Source: Raillietiella orientalis (Eukaryota). Taken from it: 64,000 bases of DNA. Positions 12,001 to 24,108 of the stretch are shown in pieces (positions within the stretch are counted from its first letter, which is position 1; each line of letters starts with the position of its first letter). The notes under the pieces were generated by a model. The model made no database searches. It was not told the DNA's origin and saw only the letters and a program-made list of their open reading frames with translations. Made by a program: the position numbers and the translations under genes. The stretch is taken from positions 1,736,001 through 1,800,000 of the forward strand of contig JAYWIR010000026.1 in NCBI GenBank assembly GCA_036172245.1, in the 5' to 3' direction.

Positions 12001-15000
12001 GGGCAGCATCCACCCCGGAAAGCCCTCAGTTTTTGAGCCACGTCTCCGCGAATGCGGAGAGGGGATTTCCCGCACAACCCCTTCCTCTCCCTGGAGGGAG
12101 CATCCGCTCCCGCTTCCTCGAAGACTGGGGCCGGGGCATGCCGTCCCCTGGTTGACTGCATCTCTCCTGCTGCTGCCCCGGGAAGGTCGCGTTGCGCGCC
12201 CCAGGGAAGTGAGGGTCCTGGTCCAGGAGGCCGAGCGAGAGAGTGGAGGAAAGGAAGGAAGAATGAGGAAGGGTAGTTTCAGAGTCTCGGGCGTCTCCTC
12301 CTTCCTACCGTGTCTTCCGAGCACTCCCTCCCCTCTCTCGAATGGGTCAACGGACTTTCAGTCGGAAGGGGCTACGGGGGAGCCAACAAGACGTGCAGAT
12401 GTTAGGGGATGTTCCTGGGTTCCCGCAGAAGGAGGTTCTCCGCGACCCCTGCCCGGTCTCACGAGCACAGCGTTGTCCCGATCTGGCGTCCAGGCTAGCT
12501 GTCGCTGTGGGAACGGCTCTTCCAGGTGCCCGCGTCCCCCTGGAAGAGGCACTCGGGAGAGAGATGACTGGGAAAGGGGGAGCCTCCCCCTTTTCGCCGC
12601 GCCCGTTTTGACGTCCGCGCTTCCTTACACGGCCCGGGAGCGCCTGCTGAGATTGGAGGAGGACGAGGAAGGAAAGGTGCGAACGGAGCAGAATTTGACC
12701 CCTTCCTTCCCCCTCCCCTTCCTACCATGGGCATGGAGCTCGCACACACCGTTTCCAGGGGACGCAGCTGGCGGCAGGCTCTCCTCGTCCCCTTCGATCT
12801 GGTCCTTTCTCTCGTGCCTGCCAGATAGAGGCACCGGCGCGAAGTTTGGCGCCTTACGGCCCTCCTGGAAAAGCGCAGGTCCATCGTCGGACAGTCGTCC
12901 AGGAGGGTTCGATCCGGGAAGCGACCGTCGGGAACGAATGGACTCGAGCCGATCGTTCCTGGGCTCTACTTCTCGAGGATAGAAGGGAGTCCCTGTGCTC
13001 TTTCGATCCGCAGGGAATCCTCACGGATGCAGAGCCGATCACGAACTCTCTGCGGTCCCGGATGAGACCGCAGAGAGTTCATGGCCCGCAGGGACTCTCG
13101 TCGCTTGCGATGCTCCTTCCAGGATACTCGAGAATCGCTCCTCTCTCCCCGTCTCCCTCTCTTCAGGTTCCTTTTTGGTCTCTCGAAGTAACAAACAGGA
13201 AAGAAAATCCTGAGGTGGGAGGTCCGGGAACGCCCCGGCCGGGTGCTCCTCGCCGGGACTGAGGAGCGCTGTGGTGCGTTCTTTCCAGAAGGCAGGGGGA
13301 TGCGTTGGCAGAGGCTCTCCTGCCCGAGGTCCCCCGCGGTCGTGCCGTGCGCAACAGCAGAGCGCCCCCTGCAGGATCGTGACAGCGCGGGCAACGCCAG
13401 CAGCCTTTCTGGAACGGGGCAGAGGGCTGCCGGCCGGAAGGGGGTCGCCGTCTGCCGGCAGAGGAACAAGGAGGTCTTCCAAGGGCAATCGCGAGACAAG
13501 GGCGTGCTAAGGTTCTCCTCTTCTTCTCCAAGATGGCGTGCTACGGCGCTCCTCCCGCGTCAGAGGCTTTGTGGTTAAGACTTCCGCGCGTGGCGCCATG
13601 CGTCGCGGGTTCGAATATTCCGGCAGAAACCGAGTCATTGGGTTCCGAGTTCCTCCTGCAATAGCGCTGGTTGGCCGCAACGTTCGGGCGTGGCACCGGT
13701 AGCGGTTCAAACCGGAGGCCCCCGGTGAAGGCCGGAACAATGGGAGTCGACCTTCGGGTCCTTCCAGGAATCAAGGAGTGGGGACTTCCCCCTTTGATCG
13801 TGTAGCGGAGAACGGATCCTCCACATCAGGGGGACCTCTCTGATTCAAGACGGAGCAGAAGCCTTCACAGGTACCTCCCCAGTTGTTTAAAGGAGCGGAC
13901 CCCCCCTGTTACGAAAGGGACCTTCCAAATCGCCGCCTCTTCAGAGAGTGCAAGGAAGCAAGTGAGAGTGATCCCCCTGCGGGAAGCTGCAGAGCCCCTT
14001 CGAAATTTCGGACGCACTTGACAACCCTGGTGCTCCCCAGCCCTCCCTGGGGTCGCTCTCCAGTGGCCAGTGTCGGCGGCGCGGGGACGTGGAACCGGCG
14101 TCTCCCGAACACGCTGTTGCGTTCCCGTTCGAGAAGTCCTCCATTCTCCCTCGACCGGCTGCCTAGGGAGCGCTGCGCTTTGATCCGGGGGGAATCGCTC
14201 CCTTTCTTACGCGGAATGGGGTCCCCAGGAGCAAACCCGGCTCCTCCTGCGGGGCTGCACGGCGGACGCGTTCCTTCTCTCCAAGGAAAGCTGGGGAGCT
14301 GCGCCGGGGGACCACCTACGGCAAAGCTCGCAAGGGAGGGACGCCCCGGAGGGCTTCTGGCCTTCCCGAGAGCGTCTCCTTGGCGAGAGGTCCACGGAGG
14401 CAGCAAGGGACGGGGCAAGGGTGAGTGGGAGCTGAGAGGTGGAGCCCTCTGCTCCTCCTCCGGGAAACAGGGAGTCTAGGAGGATCCTTGGAGAGAGTAG
14501 GCGAGAGGGAGCGAACGCGCATCCCCCCCTCCCTTCCCCGCCGACTTCCGCGCGGAGCATACTGTCGGGAAGGCTGGAGCCTGCGGCAGGCGAGACCGGC
14601 CGGAGGGCCAACCTGCAACACCCGCGCTCCTTGCCGGAAGGATAAGTCTCAGAGCCGCGAGCGTGTGCTCACTCCCACCCTGCAACCTTCCTTCTGCTTC
14701 TTCTGGACGTGGAGGTCGAGCGCCGGCTCCCGGAGTCTCGCGCTACCTCGGAGGCTCGAACCACGAATAAGGTTGGCAAGACGGCAGACCACACGGTGGA
14801 CAGACGCATCCTCCTTGAGGAAGTATGGAGGACGGCGGATCGCTGGGCCCTTCGGGGCAAGGAGCGGGAGCGTCTTCTCGTCCTCTTCCCGGCGCTCCGC
14901 TGACCGGGGAGCGGTGTCTCCTGCAGAAGGGGGGCAGGGGAGGCGACGTCCATTGCGGAGGCCGCTCATCGCCATGGAGCTCGAGAAAGCTGCCGCGAGG

Positions 15001-18000
15001 ACAAGCGGTCTAGAGCGGGAGCCTTTGGGACTCTCTGGAGCGGAAGGGATACGCGTGACGTGACTCTTCCTTAAGTGCGGTTCCCGGGCCCCCCCTCAGC
15101 GCCCTCCGATCCTCGCCCCACTTTCCACCGACCTCGGCAGGCGTCTCCCGCGCATTGCAAGAGGCGCGGACGTCGGGACGGGCACAGAGAAAGGGAGGGC
15201 GTCCGCCATCCTTCGCGGTCGTCTCTCTCCTGCACGGCTCCTCCAGGGGGACGCGGCCAAGGGCTGGAAGAGCCGTCTCCGCGGCGTCCGCGAGCGAGGC
15301 TGCCATAGCAGAACGCCGCCGTGCCTGTGAGGGTGGCCAGGGCCCGCAGCAAGGAGCCCCCCTTCAGCGGGAACTGGGGACGCGCGTCCCCAGTCTTCCC
15401 CCGCGGGCGGCGCTCGGAAGTGCCTGACGCGGGCGCCAGGGCGTTCTCCGCTGGCGTCGGCCGCGGGCAGTTCGCTCCCGTCCTTTTCAGAGTGAGAACT
15501 CGATTTCCCAAGAGCCGCACGGGATAGTTGCCGTGGAGATGCCGTCAGCTCGGAGGTGAAGGGTCGGCGTGAGTTTCGACAGGTAAATTGCGGCGCGCTC
15601 CCGCCTGTCTCAGTCGAACCCGCCTGCCCAGAGCTCCCGCGGACGGGGGGGAACTCGCGGGCGTCACCGGGGCAACCCGAAGTCGTGCCGGAGGGGCGTT
15701 TCGCAAGTCATTGCCTGCCGACTCTCCCGGGTGTTTTTGCGGGGAGCGTACGGAACGGGAGCGGGGGGAGGAGAGGAGGGGAGGAACAGAAGGAGGAGTG
15801 CCCTCGCCTTTGGGCGACTCTGTCGACAAACAGGCGCTCCCCCTCCCTCCTTTCGGGGGTGGCGGCGGGTTCGGCAAGGTCGGCTGCGAGCGCCGGGGTG
15901 GGAAAAAAATCGTGCGCCTGCCCGACCCGATTCCTCCTCTCCCGCCCCTTTCTTCCCTGTCCGTTCCCACGCACGCGCAGCCCAGAAGAGCCTGCGACCC
16001 TCCGCGAAGGGCAATGCGTCCGCCGAGCTCCCGTCCCCTCCAGCCCAGAAGGAGCGGACCCGTTCAGAGGGAGGCGGCCTTCCGCCGCCGGGAGCCGGCG
16101 ACCCGCGCACGCCCCCGAAAGGAACACGCGTGACGATCTTGCCGACGCGGGCTAAGAGGGAGCAGAGGATGGGGGAGGGGGGCGGGGCGTTGGATAGCTG
16201 AGAGCTCCTCCGCGGTTCGCGGGGCTTTCCCCAGGATGCGGGATGCTGCCGAGTCCCGCGGGGGCCGACTCCGAAAGAGCTGCATGGCCCCAGGGCAGAT
16301 CCTTCCTTTCCGTGTTTGCGGCCCCGGAACGAGGCGAGGCCGTCTCCGGCTGCTTCATTAGCGGCAAGTGTGGCCCTTCCGTAAGAAGGGGGAGCAGGGC
16401 GAAACGAGCCTTCCTGGATGGGGGGAAGGCTACGTGCCGAGCCCATCAGGACAGCTAGGCAGACCCTTGCGCCGAGGGTAGAGGCCCCTCCATCGGAGCA
16501 CTCCCTTCCCTCTCGGGGTCTTGCCCGGAGCAGCTTGCGACGCTCAGATCGAGGCCAGGAAGAGTCTCGAGAATGAAGAGGGTGGAGAAGGACGAAAAAG
16601 GGGAGGAGGGGAGCCCCCATTCCTCCCGATTTCCCTGACTCTGCGAGCCACTCCCCCCTGTGAGCAGCGGCCCAGGATCTCCTTTTCCTCCCTGCTTCCG
16701 GCTCGCCTCTGCCCCAGGGCTCGAAGTCTTTTCAGCCATCAAGGAGCCTCACGGGATCTTCTGGGACTCTTGCGGACGGCACCTTTCCTGTAAGGATTGC
16801 CGGGAAGATCCTCTTCCTCCCCATCTTCCATCCACACCGGGGGAGACTGACCCCGCCTCACTGCTCCTCCGGGAATCCCACGCGCCGACCAGCCGATTCT
16901 CGACCTGGATCCTCCCTCGGGCTGCAAGTCCCGTCCTTCCCCAAGAGGGCGTTCCGCGAGGATCACGCGGGAAAATGGGGGCTCTGCAGAGTCCCCTCCC
17001 ACTCCCTTTCCTTCCCTCTCTTTCGGAATTAGTCTCAGAGTGCGACTCTTCTCTCCCTCCCTGCCTCAGTGCCTCCCCCAGTCCGAGGGCGGGGGGGACA
17101 GGAGTCGAAGGACGAGGCGGGGAACGGTTGAGCCCCATCTCCCGAAGGAGGAAGCAAGGGAGGAGGGAGCGAAGGAGTTTAGGAAGAACCGACCTCCTAC
17201 AGGATTCGAACTGTCGAAGGACGCGTGAAGGTCGTCGCCGCCTCCTCCTCCTCTCGCGGCCCAGGGGCACGGTTCGCCCTCCCAGCAGAGCCTGGAAGAC
17301 ACCGCTGGTGCCAGCAGCATCGCTTGCAGCTCTCCCTATCCCCCTTTCCCTTCCTATTCCTTTTCTTCTCCCCTTTCTTATGCTCTCCTTACTGCGGACC
17401 GCCCGAGGGTTCTCCCGGTCTCATGGAGGCTTCTCTGCTGTCGCCACCGGATGAGATCTGCACTCCGTTGCTCTTCTCCCCCTCCTCCCTCGCCTCCGTG
17501 CGCGGTCCGCGACGATTTGCCCCTGAAGAGGAGTCCGGAGGCCCCGATCGACCTCCTTCCTCCCCCTTTCGGAGCCCCCGCGCAGGTGCGACCTGAGGGG
17601 GAGTCCGTTCGAGATGACCACCTGCTCGAGGTGGACATTCATCCTCGAGGGCATCTCCCGTACGTCCTGGTCTCCCCTTACGCGCAGGGACGACGTCCCC
17701 AGCGGCAGTTCCGGAAGAGGTAACAAGGAAAAGAGGAAGAAAGGGGTGGCGTCGCCGAGCCCTCCCCCATTTTCCGGAGGGCTTGCTCCGGGAAGCTCAG
17801 GATACCTATCCGGAGAGATGGTAGTTGCTGGTGGCCGACCAAGGTATATCAGCAGCCTTCACCCCTCCGCCCTGAGGGTGCTCATCCATTCTTTCCATGA
17901 GGTCCATCGCACCCGGGTCGTCCAGACAGCACCCAAAGCCTCGGCCGTGCCCCCTGCCGCCTACTGGCGCGAGTGCTCCGGAAAAGGGCGGCGAATCCCT

Positions 18001-18072
18001 TTCGCTCTCCTTTCAAGTCTCCTCCAAACCTTCGTCCACCCCCACTCCTCCTTTGTGGCGTCGGAAGGGTCA

Positions 18073-18086
18073 GTTCCCATGGAAAC
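18073..18086. promoter_or_regulatory. RFX X-box
   Basis: GTTCCCATGGAAAC. Confidence 0.5.
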
Positions 18087-19139
18087 ACACTTGTTTCCAG
18101 GAACTTACGACCGCGTTGCTTGAGACTGGAAGACTCCTCCAGGTGGGAGTCCCGGAGGCACACCCTCTAGCCCTACTCCACATTGGCCGGAGGTCCGCGC
18201 GGGCGCCCATCCCTCAGGGCGCGTTATCGCCTCGGTTGCCGAGGAGAACGATGGCATCTCCCTGCCGCGGGCTACGGACGGGTAACTGTCTGCCTCTACC
18301 TCTTCCCCGGGAGTCCCTTCCATGTTTCGGGAAAGGCAGTTCCCTTCCAGCTTCCCAAGGAGGCCTCCAAGGAAGGGAAGGGAGCGGAAGGGGAAGGGAG
18401 TAGCCCTCAAGGCAGGGAGGTGCAGCGGCATTCAGGGTCTCCTACGGAGAAAGGGGGGTAAGGAAGTTCCTCCCATGCCAAGGTCCGAGGTCTCGCCCGC
18501 TCGGAGGAATCTGCCTCTCGCCTTCGTTTCCAAGACGATGCTCCCCGAAGGGGAAGGGCGGTCGGTTCCGGCCTTCCCATCTGGGAGCCTCTCGCTGCAG
18601 GGCCGCCTCTTTCCTTCCTCTTTCCTTCGGTGGCAGGGGGGATCAGCGGCGTTCCCTGAGCCTTCCTCGGCTGCCCCCGCCCAACACATGGAGATGGGGC
18701 GACAGGCGCCTGGGGTAACAGTGGGCGAAGGGAGGCAGAAAAGGTGCAGAATGGGTGGGTCACCTAGTCCCCTCTCCTTTCCTCTCCTCCTTGCCCATCC
18801 GCTCATCTTCCTTCTCTCTCCTTCTTACCCTCTTTTTCTCTCTCCCTTTCTGGCGCCGACTGGTCCAGCAGGGAAGTGGAAGGGGGTGGAGGAAGGTGCC
18901 ATCGCCTTCTCCATTTCCAGGTGACGGCGCTCTCGGAAAGCTAGCGCGGTAGCGGCGGCTTTGCCGAAACGAGCGCTCGCCCGGTAGGTGTCACCCCGGA
19001 GCGCTTACACCCGGAATCGGCGGCCGCGGCGGTTGCCTCGGCAACCCGAGCGCGCGGGCGCGCGCGCCCGAGGTTCTCCGCTGCGGCGAGCGCGACGACG
19101 AAGAGCGAGACGGAGGCGGCCGCCGCCGCCGCCATAGCG

Positions 19140-20170
19140 ACGTATCGGCGAGGGCGAGGACGCTCGCGCGCCAAGTGGTGGCGGCGATGGCGGCGGAAGG
19201 AGTGGGAGTGGCGGGAGGGAGGTGGTGGGCAGGGAGGGATGAGTGCCCCCGGCCATAGGAGGACGCTCGGAGCACACGCCCCTCTCCCCGCTGCCACTGT
19301 TCCTCGTCCCCACTCCTCCTCCCCTTCTCCGACTGGGGTGCGTGGCGAACCCGCGGTGTCCTTCTCCGGAGCGGGGGAGGGGCGGGAGAAGCGGGAAGGA
19401 GCGCGGCGGTGGAGGAGGAGGCGGGGAGGAGGAGGAGGAGGAGGAGGGGCAGAGGAGCGAAAGGTGCCGGAGGCGGAGCGGAGGAGGGAGGGAGGGAGGA
19501 GGAGGAAAGGAGATTCGGAAGGCGGTTGCGCGGCAACCGCTCGCTCACTCGCGCGCGCGAGCGCGGTTGACGTTGGGGCGCAGCGGCGGGTGAGCTTTAG
19601 TTGGTTCGGCGACCGGTCCAAAGGCGGAGGCCGGCAGGAGCACCTGCTCACGCGCACGGTCGACGAGGACGACGACGACGCACGCACGCACACACGCACG
19701 CACGCTGACCCTGGGCCGCGCGCGCGAGCAGAGCAGATCGCTGCCACCACCGTCGTCACGCTCCCTTCCCCGACCCCCCCCCTCTTCCCCCTGCTCCACC
19801 GCCCCCACCGGCGCCACCGCCAGAAGCAGCAGCAGCAGCGGCGCGGCAGCCCGTCCTCGGCACCCCTCGTCTTCGCTTCCCCCCCCCCCCCCTCCCACCC
19901 TCCCGCTTCCAGCGCGGCCCGGCGGAGGCAGAGAGACCGACGTCGTCGCGAGGTGATGCGAGAGCTGGGCGGCCCGAGGTAAAAACGCCGGACGGTCGGA
20001 CGCACGGACGGACACGCCTGGGACGCCGCGGACGCCTCCGATGGACGGGCGGCGGTGATGGAAGATTCCCGTGCGTGTCGCCGCGCGTTCCTCGGGGTGC
20101 TGCCCACCACCGCTGTATCCATGCGCGGGTCGGGGACCCCGCGTCTCCATGGTAACCTCGTGAAGACACA
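19140..20170. promoter_or_regulatory. Candidate bidirectional CpG/GA-rich promoter upstream of the FGF gene
   Basis: Very CpG- and GGA-repeat-rich. Flanked by a minus-strand donor (t|gtaagc, 19008) and plus-strand donors (19590 gtgagc, 20187 gtgagt). Several X-box palindromes lie in and around it. Confidence 0.4.
20143..20156. promoter_or_regulatory. RFX X-box immediately upstream of the candidate FGF initiator exon
   Basis: GTCTCCATGGTAAC, ending 13 nt before the ATG at 20170. Confidence 0.55.
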
Positions 20171-20186
20171 TGCATTTTGCACCTAG
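20170..20186 (+). CDS. Candidate distal initiator exon of the FGF gene (MHFAP-R)
   Basis: ATG CAT TTT GCA CCT AG|gtgagt, a consensus donor in phase 2, in frame with 21871. Lies at the edge of a CpG/GA-rich promoter-like region. Confidence 0.4.
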
Positions 20187-21707
20187 GTGAGTCCGCGCTC
20201 ACAAAGGGGCGCCCAAGAGGGGGGGGGGGGGGAAGCGAAGACGAGGGGAAGGAATGGGGGTGGAGGGGGGGGGTTAGGGAGGGAAGAGGGAGGGGGTCCG
20301 TCGGACTAGCCGATGCTTCGGCTAGTCCGAGTGGGCAGAGCAGCGGCCGCGCCCGCTGCCACCGATCACCCCCTCGATGGTCGCCGTCTCTTTCGGCCCG
20401 CCTGCAGACAAGTCCCCCGGGCCAGTCGCCGCGGCGTTGCATGGCGACGAGCGACACTCGACGTCGTCGTAATCCTGCTCTTTTCTCCTGCCGCGCGCCT
20501 GCGGCGGTGGGCCGCGGGGAAGGGGGTGGGTAAGGGAAGGCCGTCCGACTATTCCCCACGGGCGCTCGCTGAATCCTGGACTTCCGGGGACGTGAGGACC
20601 CATCGCTGCGAGCTAACGGGGAGGGGGAGGCGGTGGAACCCGCGTGCCTCAGCAGAAATGAAGGCCTGGGAGAGATAAAAAGAGATTAGCGCGCGTGGGG
20701 GGGGGGGGAGGAGGGTGGCAGGAGAGCTCTCAGGAGTAAGAGCCTCCAGCGCGGCTGCGGCGTCGAGCGGAAGAGCAGCGTGACTGCCTCCCGGGAACTC
20801 CGGAGCCCCCTCTCCTGGAGAAGGACTCGCGAAGGACGGCTTCCGGAAGCTCGCGGAGGGAGGAGAGGGGGAAGGAGGCAGTCCCGCTGTCCGGGACCTC
20901 CACCTCTCCTCCCGAAACCGGCGGCGCCGTCGCCCCTCCCGGAGTTTTCAGTGACGAAGGGATCGGGAGGAAAAGGAGGACGGAAAGCGGAGAAGGGTGG
21001 TGAAGCGAGGATCCTGTCCGTCGCACGCGCACGCGCGCAGACTCTCCGGGCAAATGCAGAGGAGCCGAACGAAGGTCGCGTAGGCAAGGACGCCGCGAAC
21101 CCTCCCGTCGTTTTCCCACCTCCGCCTCCTGGGATGCACGCCCGTCCGGAAGAACGCGTGCTGCGCAGTCTCCCGGGGCAACGCGCCCGCGGGACGCCTG
21201 AGCGGCGGAGGATGAGGCCGGCACGAGAGGTAGGCGCCTAGCGACAGGGAGGGGAGGCAGCAAACGAGAGGTTGTCGCGGCAACGCGCGACGGGAGCACG
21301 GTCTCCAAATTCAGGAACATTCCTCCCCGTCCCGGGATACCGGCGCCGCAGGGAAGGCAAGAGGGCAGCGCGGCATCCGAATACTCCCTTCGGAGAAAGA
21401 AAAGAGCGTCTCTGGGATGAGCACGGGATTTCCCCTTTTTTCGACCGCACTTCCCGATAAGTCCCGGAATTTCCCCGGACCCGGGGGGAAACAGAGGGGG
21501 GAAAGGAGCGGAAGAGGAGAATCCTCGGACGCGGGGCCACTTTACGTGAGCCGGCGGTTCCCCCTCCTTCCTCCTGACCCCGGCCCCTCCCTCCAACCGT
21601 CCTCCTTCCCGACCAGGAAGGAGGCGGACGTTTCCTGGGAGACTGCACTGCAGTCGGGATACCCGGTTTCGCAACCCCTTCCCCCTTCTCAGCCGGTCCC
21701 TTCCGGA

Positions 21708-21718
21708 ATGAGCTCCAG
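21708..21718 (+). CDS. Candidate proximal initiator mini-exon of the FGF gene (MSS-R)
   Basis: ATG AGC TCC AG|gtaggg, phase 2, in frame with 21871. An upstream acceptor ttctcag| ends at 21692. Confidence 0.35.
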
Positions 21719-21870
21719 GTAGGGAGGGCTGGCCCTCCTCGGGAACGTCCGGAAGACCCCGCCTTTCCCGGTTCCCCCGAGCGGTCCAGGTGGGGAGCGA
21801 AGGAGGAGGAGGCAGGGCGGTGCCAGGGAGGACGACAAGGAAGGCGGGATAACGCGGGCTGTCCTTGCAG

Positions 21871-21919
21871 GTCCCGCCGGTCAGCCACCTTCGCGAGCCA
21901 CTTCTCTGTTCTTCTCATG
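21871..21919 (+). CDS. Candidate signal-peptide exon of the FGF gene (exon 1B-like)
   Basis: Acceptor gtccttgcag| and strong donor atg|gtaagt. Reads (R)SRRSATFASHFSVLLM if entered in phase 2. May extend to an alternative donor at 21976 (adding VSRQIVAHAQPQPTVGPP). Confidence 0.55.
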
Positions 21920-22015
21920 GTAAGTAGACAGATTGTGGCTCACGCTCAGCCACAACCGACTGTTGGGCCACCCAGGTAATCACACGCGCTGCCCCTCACC
22001 TTGAGGACTCCGTAG

Positions 22016-22165
22016 GTCACAGCCTGAACCTGGAGAACCTGAGCTGGACGCACCCTTCGAGGCCCCAGCGGGTCGACGAGCAGCTGCTTAACCAGTGCTC
22101 CGAGCGCTACGTCAGCATCTCGCGCCACCGGGTGTCCGCCCTCGGCGAGGAGACCGACATACAAA
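22016..22165 (+). CDS. Fgf8: FGF8/17/18-family growth factor, first core exon (beta-trefoil N-terminal strands)
   Basis: Translates GHSLNLENLSWTHPSRPQRVDEQLLNQCSERYVSISRHRVSALGEETDIQ, which aligns by eye with FGF8 YQLYSRTSGKHVQV..KRINAMAEDGDPF. Phase-1 donor a|gtgagg at 22166 joins in frame to the next exon. The 5' boundary is uncertain (AG acceptors end at 22005, 22015 or 22022). Confidence 0.85.
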
Positions 22166-22497
22166 GTGAGGGCGGCGCCGCCGCCACCACCCCCTTGACC
22201 TTGTCGCCGCCGTGAGCGCGCGCGCGTGACCCGCCGTCGCCGGTAACGCACGGGCCCTCCCCCCCTCCCTCATGATGACCCCATATCCTGTACACGGCCT
22301 CCGCCACTCCTCCTAGCTGATCTCCTGTAGCGCCTGTGATCCCCTGACACCAGCCCTGCGGCCGGTCCACCTGCAGGCGCAGCGAGTCGCGTCCAGGACG
22401 ATCCTCCTCGCGGAAGGCGCATGCGAGCGCTCCCCGCGCTGGGCGCCAGCGGCTGCCGGCAGGCGCGCTCACCTTGGGTCTCTCTCTCGCCCTGTAG

Positions 22498-22604
22498 GTG
22501 AGCTCGCCCTGGAGACGTGGGGGTTCCACAGGGGCCTGAAGATCCGTCTGCGGGAGGAGGAGAGCTACCTGTGCTTCAACAGGCGGGGGAACCTCAAGGT
22601 CAAG
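22498..22604 (+). CDS. Fgf8: FGF8/17/18-family growth factor, middle exon (107 nt)
   Basis: Acceptor ctctctcgccctgtag|, donor aag|gtaggt. Translates (S)ELALETWGFHRGLKIRLREEESYLCFNRRGNLKVK versus FGF8 [36 protein letters not shown]. The 107-nt length with phase 1 in and phase 0 out matches FGF8-subfamily exon 2. Confidence 0.92.
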
Positions 22605-23817
22605 GTAGGTCGCGGGATTGGTTGGGTCCCATGTCCTTCGTCCCCGCGTCCCTCCTCCCGCTCTGCCCTCCGGAATCCGCAGATAGGAAGGTCCCGGAAG
22701 CGTCCTTCCCGTGAGCAGCATCAACGTCCCGGACGGCGCCACCTCGAGGGCGGTGTCCCGCTCGGTCACACGCTCCGGGAACTCCTGGTGCCCAACATTC
22801 TAGGATCCTTCCCTGTCATTAGGGAACCCGCCCACGTCCCGCCCCCCCTCCCCTTCCGGCCAAATTGCAGGAGTCTGCAGGAAGCCCCCGGCGCTAATGA
22901 CCGGTTAACGGAACCGACGGCGGGCCCTGGGGCGCCACCTCGCCGGCGCACCGGCTTCCGCGGTGCCTGTGGGAGCGCGGTAATTGGCGGTTTCTCCTCG
23001 CAGCTTCCTTCCCGGGAAGAACGGGGAGGAGCAACTGGAAGGAGGAGCAGAAGTGGGTCGCGAGCTCGCTGATGGCGCCGACGGCAGGGGTGCCACATTC
23101 GCCCTCCCCTCCGCACGCGCGCGCACAGGTCTCGTGCACGGGAAGAGGACAGGGGGGGAGCAAAGCCCCTTCAGACCCCGGGAGCAAACGGAGTCCTCCT
23201 AGCATGGAAGGGAAGGGGGGAGGAAAGAGTAGTGAGCGAGAGCGGGGGACGCTCACGCGCGCGCATCCGCGAGCGGTCCCCACAGCAACGCCGTCCTACC
23301 TCTCTCGCACGCTCTCGCCTCCTCCTCCTCCCCCACTCCCTCTCCGTCTCCTCCCGGAGATAAGCTAGCAGCTGCAGATAGTCGCTCGGTTGTGGCTCCG
23401 CGGCGCGACATGGACGTCTGGCCGGCGGGAACGAGAAGCAGGCAGGGAAGAGGAGGAGGAGGAGTTGGCACGCTCTCCGTCTGCGGTCGCAGCCTCGCCG
23501 TCGCGAGCATCACGGCCCGAGGCGCATCGGCATGGCAGAACGCTTCAGTCCCGACAGGGGAGGGAGAGGAGGGGCCGGGAAGCGTGCGCGAGCCTCCTGC
23601 TCCCCCTCCCCTCCCCCCGTTCCCATCTCCTCGTGACTTCCCGGTAGAGTGGGGGCGCGTCCGTCCGCCTGAGCCGGAGAGGCGGAAGGGTGCCACTGTC
23701 TCGTAGCCTCCTCCGCCTTCCCTCAAGGGTGGATAGGGGGCATCTTCCAGCGCGCCGCCCGAGGGACCACCTGGCCCCCTCTTCCCCTGCCGCTAACCCC
23801 TCCCTGGTCTGTTCCAG

Positions 23818-24108
23818 AAAAAGGGCACCCACCTCGGGTGTTCCTTCGACGAGATCCTCAAGGGCGGTTTCTCCATGTTCCGCTCCAGGCACAACGCCAA
23901 CTGGTACCTCGGCTTCAAGAGGAATGGGCGTCCCCTGAGCGGCAGGGCGTACGGGTCCCGGCGGAGTTCCTGCTTCAAGTTCTGGAAGAAGAGCGTCGCC
24001 AACCTGCTGGAGAAGCAGCGCGGGAACCAGGCGCAGCCGGAGGGGGTCAACTTTAGCTGGCTCCGGCACCACCTGAACCACTGGAAGCGCGCGCTGCTGC
24101 CGCCATAG
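23818..24108 (+). CDS. Fgf8: FGF8/17/18-family growth factor, last coding exon
   Basis: Branch-like gctaac at 23792, acceptor gttccag|. Translates KKGTHLGCSFDEILKGGFSMFRSRHNANWYLGFKRNGRPLSGRAYGSRRSSCFKFWKKSVANLLEKQRGNQAQPEGVNFSWLRHHLNHWKRALLPP*, containing the FGF C-x-F-x-E and WY(L/M)GF-x-x-x-GRP motifs. Stop TAG at 24106-24108. Confidence 0.93.
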   Translation, partial: KKGTHLGCSFDEILKGGFSMFRSRHNANWYLGFKRNGRPLSGRAYGSRRSSCFKFWKKSVANLLEKQRGNQAQPEGVNFSWLRHHLNHWKRALLPP

